A DNA stretch of 42,127 nt, from contig JAGXNU010000001.1 of NCBI GenBank assembly GCA_019894815.1, forward strand, positions 1 through 42,127, read 5' to 3'. Position numbers and translations under genes: made by a program. Below, piece after piece: positions 26,927-35,936 of this stretch. Position 1 is the first letter of the stretch. Each line of letters opens with the position of its first letter. The DNA is from Promethearchaeota archaeon (GTDB lineage Archaea; Asgardarchaeota; Lokiarchaeia; Sigyniarchaeales; SOKP01). The notes under the pieces are model-generated. The model had not been told where the DNA came from. It did not search any database and saw only the letters and a program-made list of their open reading frames with translations.

Positions 26927-28234
26927 ATGAAAGTAGTGGTTAAAGGAGTGAAAAATAGAACTTTATCCGAAATTATAAAAAAAATTGAACATGGCACGAG
27001 TAATGTAATTACAGTTCAAGATTTTATAGAACGCATAGAAAATGGAGAAGAAATAAAGTTTGAAGATGTTGATGTAATAACAACGGCCACGAAAGGTTTA
27101 ATGAGTGGGATATTGGGTGTTTTATCTTTTCGGATTACACCTCCTAAAACATTAAGAAAGTTTACTGAAGTTTCCATTAATGGGATTCCTACCTTTCCAG
27201 GACCGTGCCCAAATGAATATTTAGGTATAATTGATCTAATAATTTATGGAACTGCTCAAAGTCAGACTAAAAAAAATTATTGTGGGGGATCTCTATTTAG
27301 GGAACTAGTAGAAGGGAAAGAGGTCTCAATAGTCGCAAAAAGTAGTGAAGGTGAGATATTAGAAAAAGAGATGCGATTAGAAGATATGCAGTTCGCTAAA
27401 TTAATGGGTACGAGACAATCTATCAAAAATTATAATGCCATGATCAATTGTGAATCATATGAAGTTAATACTATTTTTTCTAGCTTACCATTTAAACCAA
27501 ACAAATCAGAAATCACTTTTTCTGGATGTGGTGCGTTAAATCCATTTCAAAATGATCCTGATTTTGAATCCTTTGGTGTAGGGACCCCTTTATTGGTAAA
27601 TGGAAGCATGGGATACCTTATAGGTCCGGGAACGCGTAATAATATCGCAAAACCAAATATGATGACAATTGCTCCGTTCGCAAATATGAAACCAGAATAT
27701 ATGGGTGCTTTCAAGACATCTTATGGTCTTGAACCAATATGTAGTATAGCCGTTCCAATTCCCATTCTCAATGAGAGGATTTTGGAAAATATAATTAGAT
27801 CTGATAAAGATGTAAAATTGAGTATCTTGAGTTTAGTCGGTCGAGAGAAAGTAGCTGAAATTACTTATGGGGATGTATGGGATAAAAATTATCTGGTGAT
27901 CTTTGATTCTTCAGCATGTAAGAATTGTAAGGAATGTAATGTAGCAGAAACTTGTCCAACTGATGCATTCATGATGAAAAAAGGAGTAATTACAGGAATT
28001 GATCGATCTCGATGTTTTAATTGTGGAACTTGTTCAATGTTATGTCCTGATGCCTTTAAATTAGACCTCAAAACAATAAAATTTGAGGGAAAAGACGTAC
28101 CTATAGTTCTTAGACAATCTGACAGAAATGGGGCAATACTACTAGCAAAAGATTTAAAAAAAATGATTTTAAATGGGGATTTTCCGTTAAGAAATCCTAC
28201 TGGAACTTTAGATTTCGCAGATAGTGTAAAGTAG
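26927..28234 (+). CDS. COG1900/DUF39 homocysteine-biosynthesis-type protein fused to a 2x[4Fe-4S] ferredoxin domain
   Basis: VDVITTATKGLMSG, INGIPTFPGPCPNEYLG, YCGGSLFRELVEGKEV; C-terminal CKNCKECNVAETCP and CFNCGTCSMLCP. Confidence 0.7.
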   Translation: MKVVVKGVKNRTLSEIIKKIEHGTSNVITVQDFIERIENGEEIKFEDVDVITTATKGLMSGILGVLSFRITPPKTLRKFTEVSINGIPTFPGPCPNEYLGIIDLIIYGTAQSQTKKNYCGGSLFRELVEGKEVSIVAKSSEGEILEKEMRLEDMQFAKLMGTRQSIKNYNAMINCESYEVNTIFSSLPFKPNKSEITFSGCGALNPFQNDPDFESFGVGTPLLVNGSMGYLIGPGTRNNIAKPNMMTIAPFANMKPEYMGAFKTSYGLEPICSIAVPIPILNERILENIIRSDKDVKLSILSLVGREKVAEITYGDVWDKNYLVIFDSSACKNCKECNVAETCPTDAFMMKKGVITGIDRSRCFNCGTCSMLCPDAFKLDLKTIKFEGKDVPIVLRQSDRNGAILLAKDLKKMILNGDFPLRNPTGTLDFADSVK

Positions 28235-28250
28235 AAGAGGTGCCTTTTTA

Positions 28251-28694
28251 TTGAGTGAATTAAAACTAGAAAAATTTGATCAAATCGGTATTGTTGTAAA
28301 AGACATTGAAAAAACAAAGCCATACTTGGGAGGTCTCTTCAAATTTCAGTCAAAATTAAACATTGTAGAACAAAATTCAACAGTAAAGTATAAGGGAAAA
28401 GAAGTCGTATTTAAAATGAAAAAAATGATGCAAAATTTCGCGGGAAAGCAATTTGAAATAGTAGAAGTAATAGAATCTAGTGGCGATCATTTATATTTAG
28501 ATTTTATTAAAGAAGGAAATGAAGGTTTGCATCATTTAGGAGTGTACACTAAAAATGCTGAAGAACTCATTACAGAATTTAAATCAAAATATAATTTAGA
28601 CGTCGTTCAAACTGGAAAAGCGGGAAAAGTCAATTTTTTTTATTTAGATACCAGAAAACTAATTGGATTTTACCTCGAATTGATTTCTTTTTAA
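28251..28694 (+). CDS. VOC/glyoxalase-family protein (methylmalonyl-CoA epimerase-like)
   Basis: FDQIGIVVKDIEKT and GLHHLGVYTKNAEE paired beta-alpha-beta-beta-beta modules; TTG start. Confidence 0.65.
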   Translation: MSELKLEKFDQIGIVVKDIEKTKPYLGGLFKFQSKLNIVEQNSTVKYKGKEVVFKMKKMMQNFAGKQFEIVEVIESSGDHLYLDFIKEGNEGLHHLGVYTKNAEELITEFKSKYNLDVVQTGKAGKVNFFYLDTRKLIGFYLELISF

Positions 28695-28762
28695 ATCATA
28701 TCATTTTCAATCTAGATCTGAATTTAAGAAACTTTAATTTTTAATTTTAATAAGTTGCATAT

Positions 28763-30505
28763 ATGTCTAAACAAGTATCGAATGGTGGAGATTTACTAGT
28801 TAAATGTCTCCTAAATGAAGGAATTACCAAAATGTTTGGAATTATTGGTGGAGAACTAACTAGAATTTATGATGCTGTTGAAAGGTTTGGTCGTGAAGAA
28901 GGCATCGATACAGTAATGGTACGTCATGAACAAGCAGGGGGTCACATGGCGGATGCGTGGGCACGAGCCACGGGTGAAATAGGAGTTTGTCTCGGTACGG
29001 CTGGACCAGGTGTAACTCATCTTGTTCCTGCAATCGCTGCTGCTCAAGCAGATTCCATCCCGTTGTTAGTGATCGGTGCTCAAATCGCCAGAATGTTTGA
29101 TGATACCGGAATATTGCAAGGAGGAGTAAACCAAATGGAATTAATGAAACCTATCACCAAACTATCGATCTCAGTAGAAGAACCCTATGAGATTCCTTTT
29201 GCCGTACAGAGATGTATTAAAGCGGCTTTATCAGGGAGGAGAGGTCCTGTTTTTCTCGAATTAAGAGAGACAGCATTAGTAAGAGAAGCTACTGAGAAAG
29301 ATTTTAAAAAAATCATACCTCCTGAAAGGTATCGCCCTTTTTATCGCCCGAGTGGGAATTATGAAGTGATAAAACAAGCTATTGAGCTTTTAAAAACAGC
29401 CGAAAAACCCATCATTATTTCAGGAGGGGGAACAATTGCTTCTGAAGGGTCAAATGAATTAAAAAAAATATCAAGAACATACAAAATCCCAGCTTTGACA
29501 ACTATTAATGGATTAGGTGCTATCTCAATAGATGAGAAGACCTATGCGGGGTCATATCCCTTATCAAGTACATTCCGAAGGGCTGCTTCTGAAGCAGATG
29601 TGGTTCTTTCATTAGGTTGTCGCTGGGATTATACCACATTGTATGGGATGGGTCCATTATGGAATCAAGACCAAAAAATTATTCAAGTAGATATCGATCC
29701 TAAGGAAATTGGAAAAAATCGACCAGCTGAAATCGCTATCATAGGGGATGTTAAAGCTGTAATCAATCAATTGTTAAATAGTATGGAAAAAAATCTACCA
29801 AAAGATATGATCGGTAAATGGTCTCAATGGAACGATTATCTGCAAGAAGCTCGTGGAATCGATAAATCCATAATTGATAAAATCTTGAAATCTGACAAAA
29901 CACCAATGAAACCAGAACGAATGATTATTGAAATATTAGACTTTGTCCCTCCTGATACACTTATATCTGTAGATGGGGGAGATATTGCGGTATTTACGTT
30001 TGGGCTAATATCCAACTTTCACAGAAATCCAAGGAGTACTTATTGCTCGATAGGAATGGGACATCTAGGTGTAGGTTCAAGTTATGCTATCGCTGCGAAG
30101 CTTGCTAAAAAAGATAAACCTGTAGTATGTATTAACGGCGACGGTTCTTTTATGTTTAATGTTCAAGAACTTGAAACAGCAGTCCGATTAAACTTGCCAA
30201 TCATTATCTGCATAGCAAATAACTGTGCTTGGGGAATGTTAAAGACTTACCAAAAAAATAGCATGAAACGAAGATATTGTGATGTTGACCTTCCAGCAAT
30301 CGACTATTCCAAAATCGCCAAGGCATTTGGATGTTATGGCGAAAAGATAGAGAAGCCTGAAGACATCAAACCCGCGTTACAACGAGCCCTTGATTCAGGA
30401 AAGCCAAGTGTTCTTGATATTTCAATAGCTTTTGAATCACCGCCTGCAGGAAAGTTTTTAGGCACTTACAAACAAAGCAAGGGTCTTTTTGGAGCGGGAT
30501 ATTAA
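28763..30505 (+). CDS. Thiamine-diphosphate-dependent enzyme, acetolactate synthase large-subunit-like
   Basis: VRHEQAGGHMADAWARATGEIGVCLGTAGPGVTHL and ThDP motif GDGSFMFNVQELETAVRLNLPIIICIANN. Confidence 0.8.
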   Translation: MSKQVSNGGDLLVKCLLNEGITKMFGIIGGELTRIYDAVERFGREEGIDTVMVRHEQAGGHMADAWARATGEIGVCLGTAGPGVTHLVPAIAAAQADSIPLLVIGAQIARMFDDTGILQGGVNQMELMKPITKLSISVEEPYEIPFAVQRCIKAALSGRRGPVFLELRETALVREATEKDFKKIIPPERYRPFYRPSGNYEVIKQAIELLKTAEKPIIISGGGTIASEGSNELKKISRTYKIPALTTINGLGAISIDEKTYAGSYPLSSTFRRAASEADVVLSLGCRWDYTTLYGMGPLWNQDQKIIQVDIDPKEIGKNRPAEIAIIGDVKAVINQLLNSMEKNLPKDMIGKWSQWNDYLQEARGIDKSIIDKILKSDKTPMKPERMIIEILDFVPPDTLISVDGGDIAVFTFGLISNFHRNPRSTYCSIGMGHLGVGSSYAIAAKLAKKDKPVVCINGDGSFMFNVQELETAVRLNLPIIICIANNCAWGMLKTYQKNSMKRRYCDVDLPAIDYSKIAKAFGCYGEKIEKPEDIKPALQRALDSGKPSVLDISIAFESPPAGKFLGTYKQSKGLFGAGY

Positions 30506-30549
30506 CTTTTAAAATATTTTTAATTTTATTAATTGGAAGTGAATAAAGA

Positions 30550-31353
30550 ATGGATAATGAAAGATTTTTAGAAGGAAAGGTAGCACTTATTACTGGTGCG
30601 GGTAGTGGGTTTGGACAAAAGATGGCAATCACTTTCGCGTCTAAAGGAGCGGATTTGGTATTAAACGATGTAAATATGGAAGGTCTTGAAGAGACGAGAG
30701 ATTTAGTTTTAAAATCTAATAATTCTAAAATTCTTCTAATTAAGGCCGATGTTTCAGATTCAAAGCAAGTCGATGATATGGCTAGACAAACGTTCGATAC
30801 TTTTGATAACGTGTTTCTATTGGTTAACAATGCGGGGATTGATGGAGGTCTTTACACAGCATTAAAAGCTAAAGAAGAAGTATACGATAAAGTTTTTGGT
30901 GTTAATGTAAAAGGACCTTTAAATGTAACTAAAGCTTTTTTTAGGAGAATGAAACGCCAGAAGCAATTCGAACCAGTTCGAGGGAAAATTATAAACATTG
31001 CATCTACAGCAGGTACTCAGAATGGACATAATCCCATGCTCGGAATTTATAGCGCTAGCAAGGCAGCTCTTATTGCGTTCACGAGAATCTGGGCACTGGA
31101 ACTTGGTTCGAGCAATATCACTGTAAATTCAATCTCACCAGGTGTCTTTTTAACACCTATCTATAACAATGACCCAAAACTCATTCGACAATTTCTTGAT
31201 TCACGTAATGTAAAGCTTCCAATAGATAAAATTGGGGAAGCGCAATGGGTTGCTGATTTAGCGCTATTCTTAGCATCGTCTACGGCGGATTATATTACTG
31301 GTCAGAATCTGATTATTGACGGTGGACTTACTCTAAGCGTTAACAAACTATGA
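30550..31353 (+). CDS. Short-chain dehydrogenase/reductase (classical SDR)
   Basis: TGAGSGFG cofactor motif, NNAG, catalytic YSASKAA. Confidence 0.85.
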   Translation: MDNERFLEGKVALITGAGSGFGQKMAITFASKGADLVLNDVNMEGLEETRDLVLKSNNSKILLIKADVSDSKQVDDMARQTFDTFDNVFLLVNNAGIDGGLYTALKAKEEVYDKVFGVNVKGPLNVTKAFFRRMKRQKQFEPVRGKIINIASTAGTQNGHNPMLGIYSASKAALIAFTRIWALELGSSNITVNSISPGVFLTPIYNNDPKLIRQFLDSRNVKLPIDKIGEAQWVADLALFLASSTADYITGQNLIIDGGLTLSVNKL

Positions 31354-31414
31354 TCTTAAATGAATAAAGCCAATTTAAGTATAAAAAGCTCTTAAAAATT
31401 AGGATTATAAAATT

Positions 31415-31999
31415 TTATTTCCCACGACCTTGATTTGCTCCTATACTAGGTCGAGTTTTTTCTGAACCCCATCCTTTCTTATGCAAACCACGGGCTCTTT
31501 TTCCAGCTGAAGTTAAACCCCTAGTGACCCTCTTATGATGTGGTGCTTCACAGATCCAATTAATTTTTGGATCAGATTTTATTACTGGATGATTGGGGTC
31601 TACAAGGATTACTTCATAATACCAACTCCTACCATCAGCATAAATTTTATAACTATTTAGCACTTCCATATTAGGATGTTTTCTTTGAACTCGTTCTTCA
31701 GCAACCCACTGCAAGTTCTTTCCAGTGGTGTACTTGGAAACACCCATTGCTCGAGGTTTTCTTCCCCGTTTTGGTCGTACTTTATGAGCACCGCCTTTTC
31801 TGATGCGTGCTCTTACAACAACATAACCTTGTTTAGCTTTATATCCTAGAGTTCGTGCACGATATAGTTTTGTAGGTTTATCGACGCGTTGTATTGATCT
31901 ACCTTTTCTATATTCGATTCCTCTTTCCCAATGAGGCGTTTGATATCCTGTTTCATGCTTCTCAAAGGTTTCTTTTACATAACTATATCCAGACTTCAT
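31415..31999 (-). CDS. rpl15e: 50S ribosomal protein eL15 (L15e)
   Basis: YKAKQGYVVVRARIRKGG, strongly basic, 194 aa. Confidence 0.9.
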   Translation of the reverse strand: MKSGYSYVKETFEKHETGYQTPHWERGIEYRKGRSIQRVDKPTKLYRARTLGYKAKQGYVVVRARIRKGGAHKVRPKRGRKPRAMGVSKYTTGKNLQWVAEERVQRKHPNMEVLNSYKIYADGRSWYYEVILVDPNHPVIKSDPKINWICEAPHHKRVTRGLTSAGKRARGLHKKGWGSEKTRPSIGANQGRGK

Positions 32000-32171
32000 T
32001 TTATTACTACTTCCAAAATATTATAAATATTGAAATTGTGTAAAATTAATTAATTTTTTCATTTTAGAATATATTTTTTTACTTTAAGATCTCACATTTT
32101 AGATCTTCAAGAGTTAATTTATAAATTAACTTAAATTAATTTAGTTAAGAATAAAATTTGCAGCTGTTTTA

Positions 32172-32633
32172 TTGATGGACCAAAAAGAAACCAAAGAAAA
32201 GGAAAAACTCATAGAACTACAAGTTAATGAAGACGATAGATTAAATATTTTGTATGCTAAGAGTGAATTAGAGGAATATTTTCCTAATTTAGCTTCTGAA
32301 ATAAATGAAGGAAAAAAATCCATAAAGATCTCATCAATTGAAGAAGAAGAATCAGCAAAAAATGAATCTGGTAATTTTGAAATTAAATATGAAGAAAATC
32401 TCTCAAATCCAGGAGTTATAGATTTTCTACGAAGATGTTCAACTTCTGAAGAAGCGATGGAAATTTTGGAATATATGAATGCAAAAAAGGAACTAACTAA
32501 AGATTTATTCAATTATTTAAAAGAAAGAATTTCTCAAGATGATGGATTAATAAAATTAATTGATGAATGCGGCGGTCCAAAAAAGAAAGGGTATTATATT
32601 TACAAATTTTATAATACAGACGATAATATTTAG
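32172..32633 (+). CDS. Acidic small hypothetical protein with conserved-looking C-terminal helical module (NPGVIDFLRRC...GGPKKKGYY)
   Basis: The ORF has plausible composition, whereas the antisense ORF is S/F-rich. The true start is probably ATG at 32175. Confidence 0.55.
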   Translation: MMDQKETKEKEKLIELQVNEDDRLNILYAKSELEEYFPNLASEINEGKKSIKISSIEEEESAKNESGNFEIKYEENLSNPGVIDFLRRCSTSEEAMEILEYMNAKKELTKDLFNYLKERISQDDGLIKLIDECGGPKKKGYYIYKFYNTDDNI

Positions 32634-32649
32634 ACTTAAATTTAGATTA

Positions 32650-32710
32650 ATGATGATCTTATGACAATTAGAGCTATGCTCATAGCGATGATTCTGTCGC
32701 CCCAATCTGA
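32650..32710 (+). ncRNA. Candidate C/D box sRNA (2'-O-methylation guide)
   Basis: C box ATGATGA (32650-32656), 12-nt guide tcttatgacaat, degenerate D' taga, 15-nt hairpin spacer gctatgctcatagcg, degenerate C' atgattc, 12-nt guide tgtcgccccaat, D box CTGA (32707-32710). Lies in an intergenic gap between convergent genes. Confidence 0.4.
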
Positions 32711-32724
32711 AATTTAAATTTAGT

Positions 32725-32991
32725 TTATGATTTTTTTTCTAAACTTTTAATGAAATTAATACCATATTGTGTTATAATATATCCAGAAGATTCTTTTTTT
32801 GCGAGCTTAAAGTCTATTAGTACGGGGATTCTCCCTTTAATGCACGCAAGTGGAACGCCGGATATTATCTCAATTGTTTCAAAATTGCTTGCTCCCTTTT
32901 CAATTGCGAGTAGAATATCTATTCCCATATTTCCTAAAAGATATTTTAAATGGTCAAAAGAATTCTTTTCATCAACCATGTTTAGCCTCAA
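32725..32991 (-). CDS. Small winged-helix (wHTH) DNA-binding-type protein
   Basis: GIDILLAIEKGASNFETIEIISGVPLACIKGRIPVLIDFKLAKK..GYIITQYG has a helix-turn-helix plus wing pattern. 4-nt overlap with the upstream gene. Confidence 0.5.
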   Translation of the reverse strand: MRLNMVDEKNSFDHLKYLLGNMGIDILLAIEKGASNFETIEIISGVPLACIKGRIPVLIDFKLAKKESSGYIITQYGINFIKSLEKKS

Positions 32992-34148
32992 GTATGTTTT
33001 GGTTCGTATTTTTCTGCAACAACGGGTTTTGATTCCTTGAGTAGTAGTTTTCTTAGATATTCTGGAAAAGCTGTTGTAATTTGTATATTAGTTTTTAATG
33101 TGGTATATCTTTCATTTTTATATTTAATTTCTTCTATAACATCATGCTTCTTTAAAAAATCCAAGGATGCTGTTAAATATTCTAATGTACGTTTTGATAC
33201 TAATCTTGGTAATTTGTCTTTAGGTATTAAACCATTTCTTAACTCTGATAACACGTTGTACTTTTTCGAATCGGATACAATTTGAAATAAAATGAATGAA
33301 TCCTCCTCTAATTCTTCTTTTGTCTTATTTTCATAATTACTGAAATAATCTTGAACCTTTGGAAGCAAAATATCAATAATATCGCTCTCCATATCTTCAG
33401 GAGATTCTTCTAAATATTCAATGACGCTATCGGGGGGGATTCTTTCAGCATTAACTTCTTTTAATAAAAGAACATACTTTTCTACAAATCCAATTTGATT
33501 AATAAATATTAATTGTCTTTCTTCTAGAAGATTTATTATTTGATAAAAATTTAGTTTCGAGAACTGTTCGTTAAACCATTCGTTCAATTCCTCAAGAGAT
33601 ATTGGCCCTTTTGATAATTTCTTTAGTGTAAAAAAAATATGTTTCTTATTTAGCAAAGTAGCGATCTTCTCTTCTTCACTTTTCTCTCTGGTATCTTCAA
33701 CAGTTGCCCAATATAGCTCTTTTACCCACAATTTAACAAGAGAATTATTTTTATATATTATCTCTCTTTCTTGTTCTTCCATGTTATTGATATCATTGAT
33801 GTAAAACGCCGTATATATTTCTTCATTTGATTGGAGTTTTTCAGAGAATTCAGTTAATAAATTTATAACGTTTTGTTCTAGTTCAGGTGTTAATTGACGG
33901 TAAAACACACTTGAAACCATCAACATTTCTTTATTTCCCCTAGCCCAATCAGAATGAACTTCAAAGTAATAATTCATGGAGATTTTATTTTCAAATGAAT
34001 GAGTAAAAAACCCTTCACTAACCGTTTGATCCATGATATTTGCGATTCGAGTAGACAATTGATCATCTAATTCATGGTCTGGATACGAATAGAACACGAT
34101 TGGTCCTATTTTTCGATGAAAGTATGATAAAGCTACAATAGTCTTCAA
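32988..34148 (-). CDS. 386-aa protein: N-terminal longin/roadblock-like domain plus C-terminal winged-helix-like repeats
   Basis: MKTIVALSYFHRKIGPIVFYSYPD...GFFTHSFENKISMNYYFEV...EMLMVSSVFY...LEQNVINLLTEFSEKL shows beta-beta-alpha-beta-beta-beta-alpha order. wH-like segments follow later (LKKLSKGPISLEEL, IINLLEERQLIFI, YNVLSELRNGLI, LKKHDVIEEI). Confidence 0.45.
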   Translation of the reverse strand: MKTIVALSYFHRKIGPIVFYSYPDHELDDQLSTRIANIMDQTVSEGFFTHSFENKISMNYYFEVHSDWARGNKEMLMVSSVFYRQLTPELEQNVINLLTEFSEKLQSNEEIYTAFYINDINNMEEQEREIIYKNNSLVKLWVKELYWATVEDTREKSEEEKIATLLNKKHIFFTLKKLSKGPISLEELNEWFNEQFSKLNFYQIINLLEERQLIFINQIGFVEKYVLLLKEVNAERIPPDSVIEYLEESPEDMESDIIDILLPKVQDYFSNYENKTKEELEEDSFILFQIVSDSKKYNVLSELRNGLIPKDKLPRLVSKRTLEYLTASLDFLKKHDVIEEIKYKNERYTTLKTNIQITTAFPEYLRKLLLKESKPVVAEKYEPKHT

Positions 34149-34310
34149 GGATGATATCTCCGAGGAATACTCTAAATAAGGGAATACGTGATTTTTTGAC
34201 GGTTACAATGTAAAATTACATTAAAAATTATATATATTCAAATATAAATAAATTTAACTTAACAAGTCTTCTATCTTGTGTAAACGGTTAATTAAATTAT
34301 TGAAAAAATT

Positions 34311-35045
34311 ATGACTTCGATAAAATTAATTGGATTTGACCTTGATGATTGCCTTTTTGATTCAACAGGTTTATCAGAAGGTGCTAGAATTATGGGAATA
34401 GATGCAATGATTGATTTGGGACTAGACATTGATAGAGATGTGGCTATTACTCTCATCCATGAAATTGTAAATGAATATGGTTCAAATTCATCCCAACATT
34501 ATAATTATTTTATTAGAAGACTAAATGAGCTAGATATCCTTTCAATATCTTTGAATAAACAATTTATGTATATCGCTGCGGCAGTTATGGCATATCATAA
34601 AGAAAAAATAGATTCAATTACTCTTTATGATGACGTGGAACCTTGTCTAAAAAAATTAAAAGAAATTGGAATTAAATCCATAATAATTAGTGATGGATTA
34701 CCAATTAAACAATATGAAAAGATTTTAAGATTGAAAATTGACAAACTTGTGGATTCAATTGTTATTTCAGATGAAATAGGAATAAGAAAACCAAACCCAA
34801 AACTTTTCTCTTATTATTTAAAAAAATTTGATGTTAAGGGTGCTGAAACAATTTATGTTGGTGATAATATTCATAAGGATATTGTTCCTGCAAAAAAAAA
34901 TAATATCCATAGTGTTTTCATCCATCGTGGCGGAAAGTATGATACTTTTAATACTGGACTTAAAATAACTGATAATTTAAAACCGGATTATGAAATCTAT
35001 AATCTAAATGAAATTTTTCCTATAATTGAAAGAATTAATAAATAA
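34311..35045 (+). CDS. HAD-superfamily hydrolase
   Basis: Motif I FDLDDCLF, motif II IISDG, motif III/IV K....GDNIHKDI. Confidence 0.8.
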   Translation: MTSIKLIGFDLDDCLFDSTGLSEGARIMGIDAMIDLGLDIDRDVAITLIHEIVNEYGSNSSQHYNYFIRRLNELDILSISLNKQFMYIAAAVMAYHKEKIDSITLYDDVEPCLKKLKEIGIKSIIISDGLPIKQYEKILRLKIDKLVDSIVISDEIGIRKPNPKLFSYYLKKFDVKGAETIYVGDNIHKDIVPAKKNNIHSVFIHRGGKYDTFNTGLKITDNLKPDYEIYNLNEIFPIIERINK

Positions 35046-35063
35046 TATTTATTCGTATGAAAA

Positions 35064-35882
35064 ATGTTGAAAATTAGTTGTCTCCAACCTGAAGTTCTGC
35101 AAAACCGGACCGATTGTCATAAAGAAATCGAAGATATCTTGAAAATAATAGTTCAAAATCATAATAATTGTGATTTAATTTGTTTGCCAGAGAGATGGCT
35201 TCCCTTTTCTAAAAATATATCGAAAGCGATACAAACTGAAAGAGGAGATGATTATTATTTTATAAAAAATTTAGCGAAAGATTACAATGTAAATATAATT
35301 GCTGGAGCGATCTGGGAAAAAAGAAAAAATTTACATAAACCTTTCATAACCAGTTATTATTTTAATAATCGAGGAGAAGAGATTGGCAGACAAGATAAAA
35401 TTCATTTGTATGCTTATGAGAGAGAAATATTCGATCCTGGCAATGAGTTAGTTATTTTTCAAGAGAATAAATTTTCTTTTGCTATTTTGATTTGTTTTGA
35501 CATTGCATTTTTTGAGACCCCCCGATTAGCAGCTGAAAATGGAGCACAAATCCTCTTTTCTCCTACTCAAATCAGAGAGGAAGGAATGGAGAATTGGGAA
35601 ATTTACTTAAAAGCTAGAGCATTAGAAAATCGAATTCCTATTGTCGCGTGTAATACTCTTGGAAAATTGTTTAAGCGTAAATTTATGGGTAAGAGTAAAA
35701 TTATCTCTTTTAATGAGGGTTATATTAGTCCAGCTCAGCTCAGAGTTATTGAAGGTCCAATTAACTCTAATGGATATGCCTATGATGAATTAGATTTAAA
35801 ATTTACAAATAAACTCAGAAAATTAAGATTAAATCAAGTAATTAAGAAGAATACAATTAAAGTCAGGCTATTACCTTACTAA
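35064..35882 (+). CDS. Carbon-nitrogen hydrolase (nitrilase superfamily)
   Basis: LPERW (Glu), DKIHLY (Lys), ILICFDIAFFE (Cys) catalytic triad context. Confidence 0.8.
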   Translation: MLKISCLQPEVLQNRTDCHKEIEDILKIIVQNHNNCDLICLPERWLPFSKNISKAIQTERGDDYYFIKNLAKDYNVNIIAGAIWEKRKNLHKPFITSYYFNNRGEEIGRQDKIHLYAYEREIFDPGNELVIFQENKFSFAILICFDIAFFETPRLAAENGAQILFSPTQIREEGMENWEIYLKARALENRIPIVACNTLGKLFKRKFMGKSKIISFNEGYISPAQLRVIEGPINSNGYAYDELDLKFTNKLRKLRLNQVIKKNTIKVRLLPY

Positions 35883-35911
35883 TTTTTTATATTTTATTTT
35901 TACTTCCAATG

Positions 35912-35936
35912 AACCCCCTCCCTCTGCATGGGGGTT
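35912..35936. other. G+C-rich hairpin (AACCCCC-n11-GGGGGTT) in an AT-rich spacer; terminator of the upstream gene and/or protein-binding site
   Basis: Perfect 7-bp stem with an 11-nt loop, 30 nt after the hydrolase stop and abutting the orc1-like TATA box. Confidence 0.5.

Noticed and set aside
27889-28323. 144-aa minus-strand ORF spanning the COG1900 / VOC junction; likewise 28856..29047 and 30366..30830
   Set aside because: They are antisense to genes with clear family motifs and have no motif support of their own.
32086-32130. AT-rich palindromes aagatct-n8-agatctt and gttaatttataaattaac between rpl15e and the divergent gene
   Set aside because: Short perfect palindromes are expected by chance in roughly 20% GC spacers. 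There are no repeats elsewhere in the window and no adjacent regulator to tie them to.
32141-32512. 123-aa minus-strand ORF opposite 32172..32633
   Set aside because: One of the two must be spurious. The minus ORF is S/F-rich, a typical antisense translation of an E/K-rich gene. The plus ORF has a structured C-terminal module and sits correctly relative to the divergent promoter region.
32750-33285. Plus-strand ORFs 32750..33040, 32850..33032 and 33037..33285
   Set aside because: They are antisense to the wHTH gene and the longin-like gene, which form a 4-nt-overlap operon on the minus strand.
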